From positions 14,954 to 78,953 of the forward strand of contig JAFZOW010000129.1 in the NCBI GenBank assembly GCA_017552715.1: a DNA stretch of 64,000 nucleotides, in the 5' to 3' direction. Shown piece after piece: positions 54,519 through 61,700 of the stretch (position 1 is its first letter; every line of letters starts with the position of its first letter). The position numbers and the translations under genes were made by a program. Origin of the DNA: Lachnospiraceae bacterium (GTDB taxonomy: Bacteria; Bacillota; Clostridia; Lachnospirales; Lachnospiraceae). Below the pieces are notes generated by a model, which saw only the letters and a program-made list of their open reading frames with translations, searched no databases and was not told the DNA's origin.

Positions 54519-55199
54519 TTACGCTTCTTTGAAGTATTCCGGTCTTTGCTTTCTTATTTCCTGTTCGTCGATCTTGTAACGGTTCAGATGTTTGTTCACC
54601 AGCGCCACGGCTGTAACCTTATCTCTGGCCCGTATGGCCTCCAGCATGTTCCGGTGATCCGTTACCACCTTGAAATCCTTAACGGTCTCCACCGAAAGAT
54701 TTCGGACTCTGTCGAAGTGGATCATCAGCATGGAGTGTATGGTGTAGATGATGTCCTTCTTTGCTATGGTGTAGATATCCTTGTGAAACTGGTTGTCCAG
54801 GTCGAAGATCTTCTCCGTCATCCCCTTGGAGAGGTAGAACTCCTGAAGGGTTACATTTTCCTCCAGCTTTGCCAGCCCTTCTTCGTCAACCTCGTCGCAG
54901 GCTTCCTCGATCACCGCAGTGTCGGTTATCTTTCGAAGGAATCTCGCCTCTTCTACCATCTTGGGATCGATGAGGGTGATATAGCTTCCTCTCTGCGGAT
55001 AGGTCTCTATCAGATTGGTCTTCCCGAGTTCGATGATCGCTTCTCTGATGGGCGTCCGCGAGATCCCGAGCTTTGCGGCAAGTTCGTTTTCCGAAATCAC
55101 GGTTCCAGGCTTCAGCTCTAGAGAGATGATATTTTCCTTCAGGACCCTTAAAGCGTAATCTCTGGCGCTCTCCCGGGGATACTTTGTATAGCTTTTCAT
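54519..55199 (-). CDS. GntR-family transcriptional regulator (FadR/FCD subfamily)
   Basis: The N-terminal winged HTH reads ...LKPGTVISENELAAKLGISRTPIREAIIELGK..., followed by a helical C-terminal domain. Confidence 0.88.
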   Translation of the reverse strand: MKSYTKYPRESARDYALRVLKENIISLELKPGTVISENELAAKLGISRTPIREAIIELGKTNLIETYPQRGSYITLIDPKMVEEARFLRKITDTAVIEEACDEVDEEGLAKLEENVTLQEFYLSKGMTEKIFDLDNQFHKDIYTIAKKDIIYTIHSMLMIHFDRVRNLSVETVKDFKVVTDHRNMLEAIRARDKVTAVALVNKHLNRYKIDEQEIRKQRPEYFKEA

Positions 55200-55231
55200 C
55201 CCATTCTCTCTTTTTTGTAGGCTTTTTTACT

Positions 55232-55250
55232 TAGTGTACTTGTATACTAG
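55232..55250. promoter_or_regulatory. imperfect palindrome, candidate GntR operator
   Basis: TAGTGTACTTGTATACTAG contains GTGTAC/GTATAC half-sites and lies about 35 nt upstream of the GntR start codon. Confidence 0.35.
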
Positions 55251-55382
55251 CATATCTTTAGTCAAAGAGTATCAAAAAACAAGATCTTTGTAAATCGTTT
55301 TTTGTTGAATTTTTAAATGAAAATGGAAATTGATTTTTGTAAAGAACTGACAAAGATCGACTGAAGGTTCCGCTCTTCATGC

Positions 55383-55409
55383 AAAAAAAGAAGGGGCAGG
55401 CCCTTCTTT
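55383..55409 (-). terminator. rho-independent terminator of the PAP2 gene
   Basis: The minus strand reads GAAGGG-cctgc-CCCTTC followed by TTTTTTTGC. Confidence 0.85.
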
Positions 55410-55427
55410 CAGACAGACTCTTTTTTC

Positions 55428-56015
55428 TTATGCCGCCTTTTTAAAAGAGAACTCCATGATCGCCCTGGGCATGCGCTTTTCAAGGACCAGGGTGTAGAGC
55501 ATAAAGCCCAGGAAACCGGCCAGACAGCCCAGGAGGAGTCCGCAGATCACATCCGTGGGGTAATGCACGCATACATAAAGGCGGGACAGACCGATGAGTC
55601 CGGCCAGACAGATCGCCGGTATCCAGAAACGCTTCTTCACCTTCATCCAGGGCAGTACCGAAGTAGTGGCAAAAGAGGCGGAGGTGTGGCCCGAAGGGAA
55701 GGAATAGTCCCACTGGGGTTTAACCTTCAGCGCAGGCATCAGTGCCTCCACCAGGTCGTAAGGTCTGGGTCTTGCCACGATAGGCTTGATAACACCGTTA
55801 CAGAGTATAACATTGATGAGCAGGCCCAGGGTGCAGGCGATGCCGATGGGACGGGTCTTCTTAAAGAGCAACAGGAAAAAGATCATCACGATCCATACAC
55901 CGCCGCCCTTTCCCATATGCGTGATGACCGTCATGATGGGGGTGAGCCAGTCCTTCTGTATATGCTCAAAGATATATGTAAGGATGTTAACATCCCATTG
56001 CGTTATCGCATCCAT
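55428..56015 (-). CDS. PAP2-family phosphatase (undecaprenyl-diphosphate / lipid phosphatase type)
   Basis: Acid-phosphatase motifs KPIVARPRP, SFPSGHTS and SRLYVCVHYPTDV. 195 aa with several TM helices. Confidence 0.88.
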   Translation of the reverse strand: MDAITQWDVNILTYIFEHIQKDWLTPIMTVITHMGKGGGVWIVMIFFLLLFKKTRPIGIACTLGLLINVILCNGVIKPIVARPRPYDLVEALMPALKVKPQWDYSFPSGHTSASFATTSVLPWMKVKKRFWIPAICLAGLIGLSRLYVCVHYPTDVICGLLLGCLAGFLGFMLYTLVLEKRMPRAIMEFSFKKAA

Positions 56016-56056
56016 TTTTATCCCCTCTTTATCTGTTTGTATTTTCAGCCCGGCAG

Positions 56057-56390
56057 GGACTGCATGTGATCTGCATGCAGTTCATCATTCTGCCCCGTCC
56101 ACATGTGTTCGCACTCGGACTCAGCTCGCGCACGGATCTCGCCACAGGATCTTCCCGCTGCCTAAGCGGTCGCACATCTCCCCACATGCGTGGGGCCCCT
56201 CATGTGCTCCAGGTATCGGGCCCCTCCTTGTGGCCTGCTCGTAGCGGACGCTAAGCTCGCAAAGCGGGCTGCCGCCTGAAAAGAGGCGTCATCCCAGCTC
56301 GCTAAGCGCCGACGGCTCGATACGGTCCTCGTCGCGAAGCACATGCTGTCCGGGGCAGCCAGAATATCTCCCGCAGATCACATGCAGTCC
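56057..56390. repeat. 334-bp GC-rich element bounded by perfect 18-bp terminal inverted repeats (MITE-like, inverton-like or long structured element)
   Basis: GGACTGCATGTGATCTGC at 56057-56074 and its exact reverse complement at 56373-56390. The imperfect inverted-repeat similarity continues about 35 nt further inward (attctg..ccccg..catgtg..ttcgc). No credible ORF lies inside. Confidence 0.65.
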
Positions 56391-56421
56391 GCTGGTTTTT
56401 GTCCGTGATCAAAGTTGTTTC

Positions 56422-56549
56422 TCATTCGACAGAATTCTGCCGATATTTATCACTGGATGTATCCCGCGAGGCTGAGCTTGCGAATGCCGAGTTTAGCGGT
56501 GATCCCGCGTTCGAGCGCAAGCTCGAATCTGCATCGCGGGATCACGCCG
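56422..56549 (-). repeat. structured ~128-nt repeat element, copy B
   Basis: It shares the blocks tcattcgacagaattc and atcccgcgagg(c/g)tgagcttgcgaat(g/c)ccgagttt with copy C. It also has a two-tier hairpin, GTGATCCCGCG...TTCGAGC-gcaa-GCTCGAA...CGCGGGATCAC. It is flanked by 22-bp direct repeats. Confidence 0.65.
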
Positions 56550-56566
56550 CTGGTTTTTGTCCGTGA

Positions 56567-58159
56567 TCACTTCGAACTGTCTAATAAGTATGCCAGGACA
56601 AAAACCAGCGGCGAGTTCCAGTAGATGGTGATCTCGTTGGTGCTGTAGCTGCGCCAGTCATCCACGTAGCAGCACATAGCGCCACGGCCCGCCAGTGTTT
56701 CTTTATTGGCTGCCGTGTCGCCGGGACGATAGTTGGGCCCGCCGGATACATATCCGGGGATGGGCTCATCGATGCCGTCGGCCACGGTGGGACGGTTATG
56801 AGGATCGCGGAACGCTCTCTCCCCGTGCCCCGTTACATAACTCACATCCATTGCATTGCGCCCCAGCAGATAGTCCAGCTGGAAGCGGGCGGTATCGCGG
56901 TAGCTTTCCTTTCCGCTCAGTTCATACGCCACCAGCAGTTCCATGGCGTTACAGAGCACCTGCATATTGCTGCCCCAGCGGAAATCATAGGGATGGAAAG
57001 CCAGCTCATAAGGATTCCCCTCTGCCACGCTCCGCAGACGGTCCGCCTCCTCAAGCCAGGTACCCTTGAGCTTGTTTACCAGATCCTCCGGGAAGCTCTC
57101 CCGGGCACCGAATACGGCCAGGGAAGCCAGGCCACCCACATCCGCCCAGCCAAGGGCTGTCAGGCTGACCCTGAGCTCCAGGATGCGCCGCATCTCAAAG
57201 ATCCACTTCCGGTCTCCGCTCAGGATGAAAAGCTCTGCCGCAGCCCAGAGGCGTTCATCGGCATCAAACATATCCTCGTAAGTTCCGGTATGGACATCCT
57301 TCGGATTTTCAAACAGGAAGGCGGGATTGGCCTGCAGCCATTCTCCGGCCTTCAAAGCCGCCGCCTTGTAGCTTTCGGCAAGAGCGGCATCATACTTTTC
57401 AAAACAGCGCGATGCCAGAGACATGATCGCCGCAAAGTCAGCGGCAGCGAGGGACGAAACGGGAGTTACTACCACTTCCAGATCATCCTCCTCCGGCATG
57501 ATGAAATCCGCGAAATGCATGGAAGTGGCCTTGTGATGAACACTGCCGTCCTCTTCCTGCATCTTAAGCATCCAATCCAGTTCCCAGCGGCATTCGTTCA
57601 GGATATCGGGAATGCCGTTCCCGCTCTCGGGGATATCCAGGGACAGTTCAAAAGCCTCCGGCTTTCCAAGATACGCATAAAGAAGATGGGCTACGGCTAC
57701 CGCACCGGCAGTAACATAACGGCCGTAGTCTCCCGCATCATGCCAGCCGCCGCCAAGCTCGATGAAGCGCTCGGTACCAAGTATGCGCGCTTTCCCGCAA
57801 TGGCAGGCCGCATGGGCAAACTTCCCCGCATATTTTTCTTCCAGAGCCATGCCGCAGCGCTGGAAATACAGCATGCGGATGGCATCCCTGAACAGATTTT
57901 TGTATGGAGTTTCACTGATGGAAAAACGCGGGCTTTTGTCCCCGGAATCGTCCGTGAAGTAATATTCACCGGCTTCCGTTACGGAACTGAAATCAATGCA
58001 TGCAGCATCGATCCCGCTGTTTTCGTCAGATACGGGCTTTGCATCCCCTTCAAGCACAATGCTGTCCTTGGCATCATGCAGGATATAATGCGTAGCTCCG
58101 CGCAGAGTAGCATGTTTTACGGCACTGCTTTCATAAGCGACCTGATTAACTGAGATCAT
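56567..58159 (-). CDS. glycoside hydrolase family 9 with an N-terminal Ig-like (CelD_N) domain and no signal peptide
   Basis: GGWHDAGDYGRYV, DELDWML-type region (ECRWELDWMLKMQ), and C-terminal HNRP...GYVSGGPN. 530 aa. Confidence 0.88.
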   Translation of the reverse strand: MISVNQVAYESSAVKHATLRGATHYILHDAKDSIVLEGDAKPVSDENSGIDAACIDFSSVTEAGEYYFTDDSGDKSPRFSISETPYKNLFRDAIRMLYFQRCGMALEEKYAGKFAHAACHCGKARILGTERFIELGGGWHDAGDYGRYVTAGAVAVAHLLYAYLGKPEAFELSLDIPESGNGIPDILNECRWELDWMLKMQEEDGSVHHKATSMHFADFIMPEEDDLEVVVTPVSSLAAADFAAIMSLASRCFEKYDAALAESYKAAALKAGEWLQANPAFLFENPKDVHTGTYEDMFDADERLWAAAELFILSGDRKWIFEMRRILELRVSLTALGWADVGGLASLAVFGARESFPEDLVNKLKGTWLEEADRLRSVAEGNPYELAFHPYDFRWGSNMQVLCNAMELLVAYELSGKESYRDTARFQLDYLLGRNAMDVSYVTGHGERAFRDPHNRPTVADGIDEPIPGYVSGGPNYRPGDTAANKETLAGRGAMCCYVDDWRSYSTNEITIYWNSPLVFVLAYLLDSSK

Positions 58160-58185
58160 ATAACCCCCTTATTATCTGCTGTTCC

Positions 58186-58737
58186 TTACTCCAGCGATTC
58201 ATCATATACGGCACGGGCGCCGCCCACAAAGCGGGGACGGTAACGCGCCGCGATCACTCTTGCTTCCCCCAATGTATCTGCATTAAGCTTCAGCGGTACT
58301 ACCACGGGCTTTACATGCATGCCGATGAGTACGCCGCCGATGTCGATCCCTGCCAGAGCCTGTGCGTGAATATCCGCCACAAGCACCGCATCCTTCAGTT
58401 CCCTGTAAGCCATGGTCGCAAGGGAACCGCCCGCCTTGGGCTGCGGTACGGCATTCACCTGTTCCAGGCCGTAGCGTTCCATGGTCTCGCGCTCCACAAC
58501 CAGGGCACGGTTCAGATGCTCGCAGCACTGCACCGCGATATGGAGATCCAGCTCCTTAACAGCTGCGTAGATCCCCTTCCACAGCTCTTCCGCCAGTTCC
58601 GGACTGGAATGGGTTCCGATCCGCTCCCCCAGCACCGCGCTGGTGGAACAACCCACTACCAGCAGCTCCCCCGCCTTCAGCTTTGCCAGGGAGGAAACCT
58701 CCTTCACTAATGCAGTTGCCTGTTCTTCTATGGTCAT
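58186..58737 (-). CDS. TIGR01440/DUF436 family protein (YwlG-like)
   Basis: 183 aa from MTIEEQATALVKEV...ELLVVGCSTSAV...CCEHLNRALVVER. RBS is AAGGAA 7 nt upstream. The ORF track N-terminal extension to 58863 runs through repeat element C and is rejected. Confidence 0.8.
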   Translation of the reverse strand: MTIEEQATALVKEVSSLAKLKAGELLVVGCSTSAVLGERIGTHSSPELAEELWKGIYAAVKELDLHIAVQCCEHLNRALVVERETMERYGLEQVNAVPQPKAGGSLATMAYRELKDAVLVADIHAQALAGIDIGGVLIGMHVKPVVVPLKLNADTLGEARVIAARYRPRFVGGARAVYDESLE

Positions 58738-58752
58738 TACTGATTCCTTTAT

Positions 58753-58879
58753 CATTCGACAGAATTCCGGAGCTGTCTTGCGGAGGAAACATCCCGCGAG
58801 GGTGAGCTTGCGAATCCCGAGTTTTACGGCGATCCGGCCATTGCCCGCAGGGCAATTCTGCATGGACGGATCGCGTGCT
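58753..58879 (-). repeat. structured ~127-nt repeat element, copy C, occupying the 5' leader position of the DUF436 gene
   Basis: It has the same conserved blocks as copy B. Its hairpin is GCGATCCG...ATTGCCC-gcag-GGGCAAT...CGGATCGC, with compensatory changes relative to B. It ends 16 nt before the DUF436 start codon. Confidence 0.65.
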
Positions 58880-58921
58880 TAATTTATATAAAAAACTTGT
58901 TTTTTATATAAATTAAGCACC
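58876..58921. terminator. perfect 21-bp AT-rich palindrome (bidirectional hairpin) between tRNA-Lys and repeat element C
   Basis: GTGCTTAATTTATATAAAAAA-cttg-TTTTTTATATAAATTAAGCAC. Confidence 0.55.
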
Positions 58922-58967
58922 TGCCCCAACAGTTTGTTTCCTCCCCCGTCAAAACAAGTGCTTTTCC

Positions 58968-59040
58968 TGCACCGCCAGGGGCTCGAACCCTGGACACCCT
59001 GATTAAGAGTCAGGTGCTCTACCAACTGAGCTAGCGGTGC
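58968..59040 (-). tRNA. tRNA-Lys (anticodon CUU)
   Basis: The reverse complement reads GCACCGCTAGCTCAGTTGGTAGAGCACCTGACTCTTAATCAGGGTGTCCAGGGTTCGAGCCCCTGGCGGTGCA. It forms a cloverleaf with anticodon loop CTCTTAA. CCA is not encoded. Confidence 0.92.
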
Positions 59041-59132
59041 ATACCGCTGTTTAGTTTTCCGCGTCTTTCAACGCACAGATGATATATTACTCCAAACAGC
59101 AGTCTTTGTCAAGTATCATTTCAAAATCGGGG

Positions 59133-60305
59133 TTATTTTCTTTGCACGTTCCGGACTTCCAGCAGCTTGTTCTTCAGTTCGGTCTCCATACGTGCCATCT
59201 CCGCCTCGGCCTGGGCACGTTTTTCACGGCCTTCAGCCTGGATCTTCATCACCTCATCAAAGGTACTGATCAGGTTCTGGTTGGTCTTGTTGAGGGTTTC
59301 GATATCCACGATACCGCGCTGGCTTTCCTTCTCGGTCTCAATGGTAGCGATCTTCAGGGCTTCCGCGTTCTGGAGGAGCATCTGGTTGGTCACATCCGTC
59401 ACGGCACGCTGGGCCTTTGCGGCTTCCGTCGCATTCTGGATGCCCAGGGCGATGACCATCTGGCTCTTCCACAGCGGGATGGTATTCACCACGGTGGAAC
59501 GGATCTTGTCCACCATCTGGATATCGTTGCTCTGGATCATACGGATCTGCGGCGCCGTCTGCATGGCAATGGTACGGGTCAGCTCCAGGTCCACGATCTT
59601 TTTGGAGAAGCGCTCGCACATCTCCTGATAATCCCTGGCGGTCTGGGCATCTTCCGCAAGGCCCGTCTCCTGAGCCTTTCTCTGCAGTTCGGGCAGCACC
59701 TTGGTCTCGGCCTCTTCCAGCTTCTTCTTGCCGGCCAGGATGTACATGGTCAGCTCCTTGAAGTAGGTCAGGTTCATATCGTACATCTTATCCAGGGTAG
59801 CGGAATCCTTCATAAGGCGTGTCTCATGCTCCTGGAGCATATCCACGATACGGTTCACATTGACCTCGGCCTTGTCGTATTTCGCCTTCATGGTGGTGAG
59901 CTTGTTGCCCTGCTTCTTGAAGAAGCCCATAATGCCCTTTTCTTCTTCCTGGCCTATGCTCTTCAGCTCGGATACCACACCGGTGAGCAGCTCGCCGACC
60001 TCTCCCATATCCTTGGTACGCACGTTATTCAGTGCCTTGTCGGAGAAATCCGCCATCTTCTGCTGTGTAGCCGCACCGTAGGTCATGATGGTATTGGAAT
60101 CGGTAATATCGATCTGGGCCGCAAATTCTTCCACTGCCTTTTTCTCCTCGGCAGTGAGATTTGTCTCCTCCGGCTTAGCGGCAAGAGGAGCCGCCTGCTT
60201 TTCCGTCGGAAGGACCGCTTCCGTTTCCATACTCGGTGTTGCCCCGAAAGGCTCCAGCGTAAGAGTAGGAACCGTCGATTCCTTCATTTCCGTTTCTGCT
60301 GCCAT
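59133..60305 (-). CDS. telA: TelA/YaaN-family toxic-anion-resistance protein
   Basis: 390 aa, helical. The conserved N-terminal region reads LTAEEKKAVEEFAAQIDITDSNTIMTYGAATQQKMADFSDKALNNVRTKDMGEVGELL. Confidence 0.85.
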   Translation of the reverse strand: MAAETEMKESTVPTLTLEPFGATPSMETEAVLPTEKQAAPLAAKPEETNLTAEEKKAVEEFAAQIDITDSNTIMTYGAATQQKMADFSDKALNNVRTKDMGEVGELLTGVVSELKSIGQEEEKGIMGFFKKQGNKLTTMKAKYDKAEVNVNRIVDMLQEHETRLMKDSATLDKMYDMNLTYFKELTMYILAGKKKLEEAETKVLPELQRKAQETGLAEDAQTARDYQEMCERFSKKIVDLELTRTIAMQTAPQIRMIQSNDIQMVDKIRSTVVNTIPLWKSQMVIALGIQNATEAAKAQRAVTDVTNQMLLQNAEALKIATIETEKESQRGIVDIETLNKTNQNLISTFDEVMKIQAEGREKRAQAEAEMARMETELKNKLLEVRNVQRK

Positions 60306-60307
60306 GA

Positions 60308-61594
60308 TCAGTTACCTCCTTCTTTTAATAGAGATTGATTTTCCGAAAAGCTGTGTCCCGTAAGGCCCTCCTGCTCCAGCAGCTGGCGCATCACCTCCGC
60401 ATCCGTGGAGATATCCAGGCTGGTATCGTCAAAAAGATCATCGAAGAGCCGGTCAAACGCATCATTCATCATATCGATGGTATTCTCGATCTCGCGCTTG
60501 CTCTTTTCAATATTACTGCTGGTCTTGTCCTGCTTCTCCAGTTCCACATAGGAATGAAGGAGCTTTACCATGGTGGGCAGGTAATAATTCATCAGCCGTC
60601 GCAGATCCTGGGTCAGGGTCGGCTTCTGCTTTGCCCTCTCCACGATCTGGCGCACGGAATGTTCCATACGGTCCAGCTTGGCGGAGATATCCACATCCGG
60701 GATATCCTGGTTGCACTGGCGGATCTCGGCGATATAGAGCTCGCCCAAACGGAAGATCTCTTTCTGCTCTTCGGAAAGACCGCCTTCCTCTTTCGCCCTC
60801 TCTTCAGCCGCCCGGGCCGTATCCTGATACTGCTGATAGGTTTCGTTGGAAGTGATCAGGGTACTCTCGCTCCCGTCCAGGTGCCCCTGGAGGAACCAGC
60901 CCTTTTTGATCATTTTCTTCAGATCCTTACGCACCGCCTTTGCGCTGCGTCCGGATACGGCGGCCAGGGTCTCCACATCCGCATAACTGCGGCCCTGCAG
61001 TATGCCCACGTATTCCTCAAAACGCTTCATGATGCCCAGACTGCTGCCGGAAAAACTCGCAGCAGCCGCAGTACCCGCGGGGAAGATCAGACTGATGGCT
61101 CCCAGTGCTCCGATGCCGCCCATAATGAGCATGCAGATGGGAAGAAAGACGATAGTAGCCGCTGTTCCGAAAACCACCCCCAGGGTAGCCAGAAGCTTTT
61201 CATTGTTCAGGTTCCTGTACTGGGCAGGCGGCCTGTTGGATAAAGGCGTTACGTAATTCGCCCCCGGAGCCGCTGCACCGTGCTTAATAGCCTGCTGCCT
61301 GGCTTCGTTGATCCTCTGTATGCGCTGCGAAGTATAGGTATCCTTCCAGCCGCTCTCGTTTACGGGATTGCGGTAGCCATACTGGCCCTGCTGTATCGAC
61401 TGGCCGACACCGTTCAGGTTCATGTTCACCGTACGGCCTATATTGGCAAAGAGTTCTTCCAGCTCCCGGCTGACATCCGCACTCAGATTACTGTAGTTTC
61501 CCGAGGATACAGCACTGGCCACAGTATCCGCCACACCGGCCACACTGTCCTGTATCACGTTCTTCATCGGTTTTTGTTTATTATCGTCAGACAA
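60308..61594 (-). CDS. XpaC-like (5-bromo-4-chloroindolyl phosphate hydrolysis) family protein with a long N-terminal extension and 2 TM helices
   Basis: The C-terminal half reads ...LRRLMNYYLPTMVKLLHSYVELEKQ..., which is typical of the XpaC family. The gene lies 2 nt upstream of telA, as in the Bacillus xpaC-yaaN pair. Confidence 0.7.
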   Translation of the reverse strand: MSDDNKQKPMKNVIQDSVAGVADTVASAVSSGNYSNLSADVSRELEELFANIGRTVNMNLNGVGQSIQQGQYGYRNPVNESGWKDTYTSQRIQRINEARQQAIKHGAAAPGANYVTPLSNRPPAQYRNLNNEKLLATLGVVFGTAATIVFLPICMLIMGGIGALGAISLIFPAGTAAAASFSGSSLGIMKRFEEYVGILQGRSYADVETLAAVSGRSAKAVRKDLKKMIKKGWFLQGHLDGSESTLITSNETYQQYQDTARAAEERAKEEGGLSEEQKEIFRLGELYIAEIRQCNQDIPDVDISAKLDRMEHSVRQIVERAKQKPTLTQDLRRLMNYYLPTMVKLLHSYVELEKQDKTSSNIEKSKREIENTIDMMNDAFDRLFDDLFDDTSLDISTDAEVMRQLLEQEGLTGHSFSENQSLLKEGGN

Positions 61595-61700
61595 CGCCTT
61601 ACCCTTTCAAAATCACACTGTTCCTATATTACCACATTCACGGGCTGTAGTCCAGTTTCTGCCCTTGCATTTTTCGAAAAAAAAAGATATCATTTAGCCT

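Noticed and set aside
56057-56390. The inverted-repeat-bounded element considered as an insertion sequence.
   Set aside because: It is too short, it has no transposase ORF (only a 60-62-aa low-complexity ORF on each strand), and it has no visible target-site duplication. I kept it only as a MITE/inverton/structured-element candidate.
1434-60338. Very long ORFs antisense to the accepted genes: 1434..3377, 5326..7548, 7810..9045, 10872..12833, 12682..13929, 14352..15938, 18698..21016, 26938..27969, 28020..29894, 34375..36507, 36431..38185, 50845..52566, 56798..58153 and 59079..60338.
   Set aside because: Each lies fully inside, and opposite to, an ORF with clear family motifs. Their translations are low-complexity (H/L/R/G/Q-rich) with no recognisable domains, no RBS and no sensible intergenic spacing. 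They are shadow ORFs caused by codon bias.
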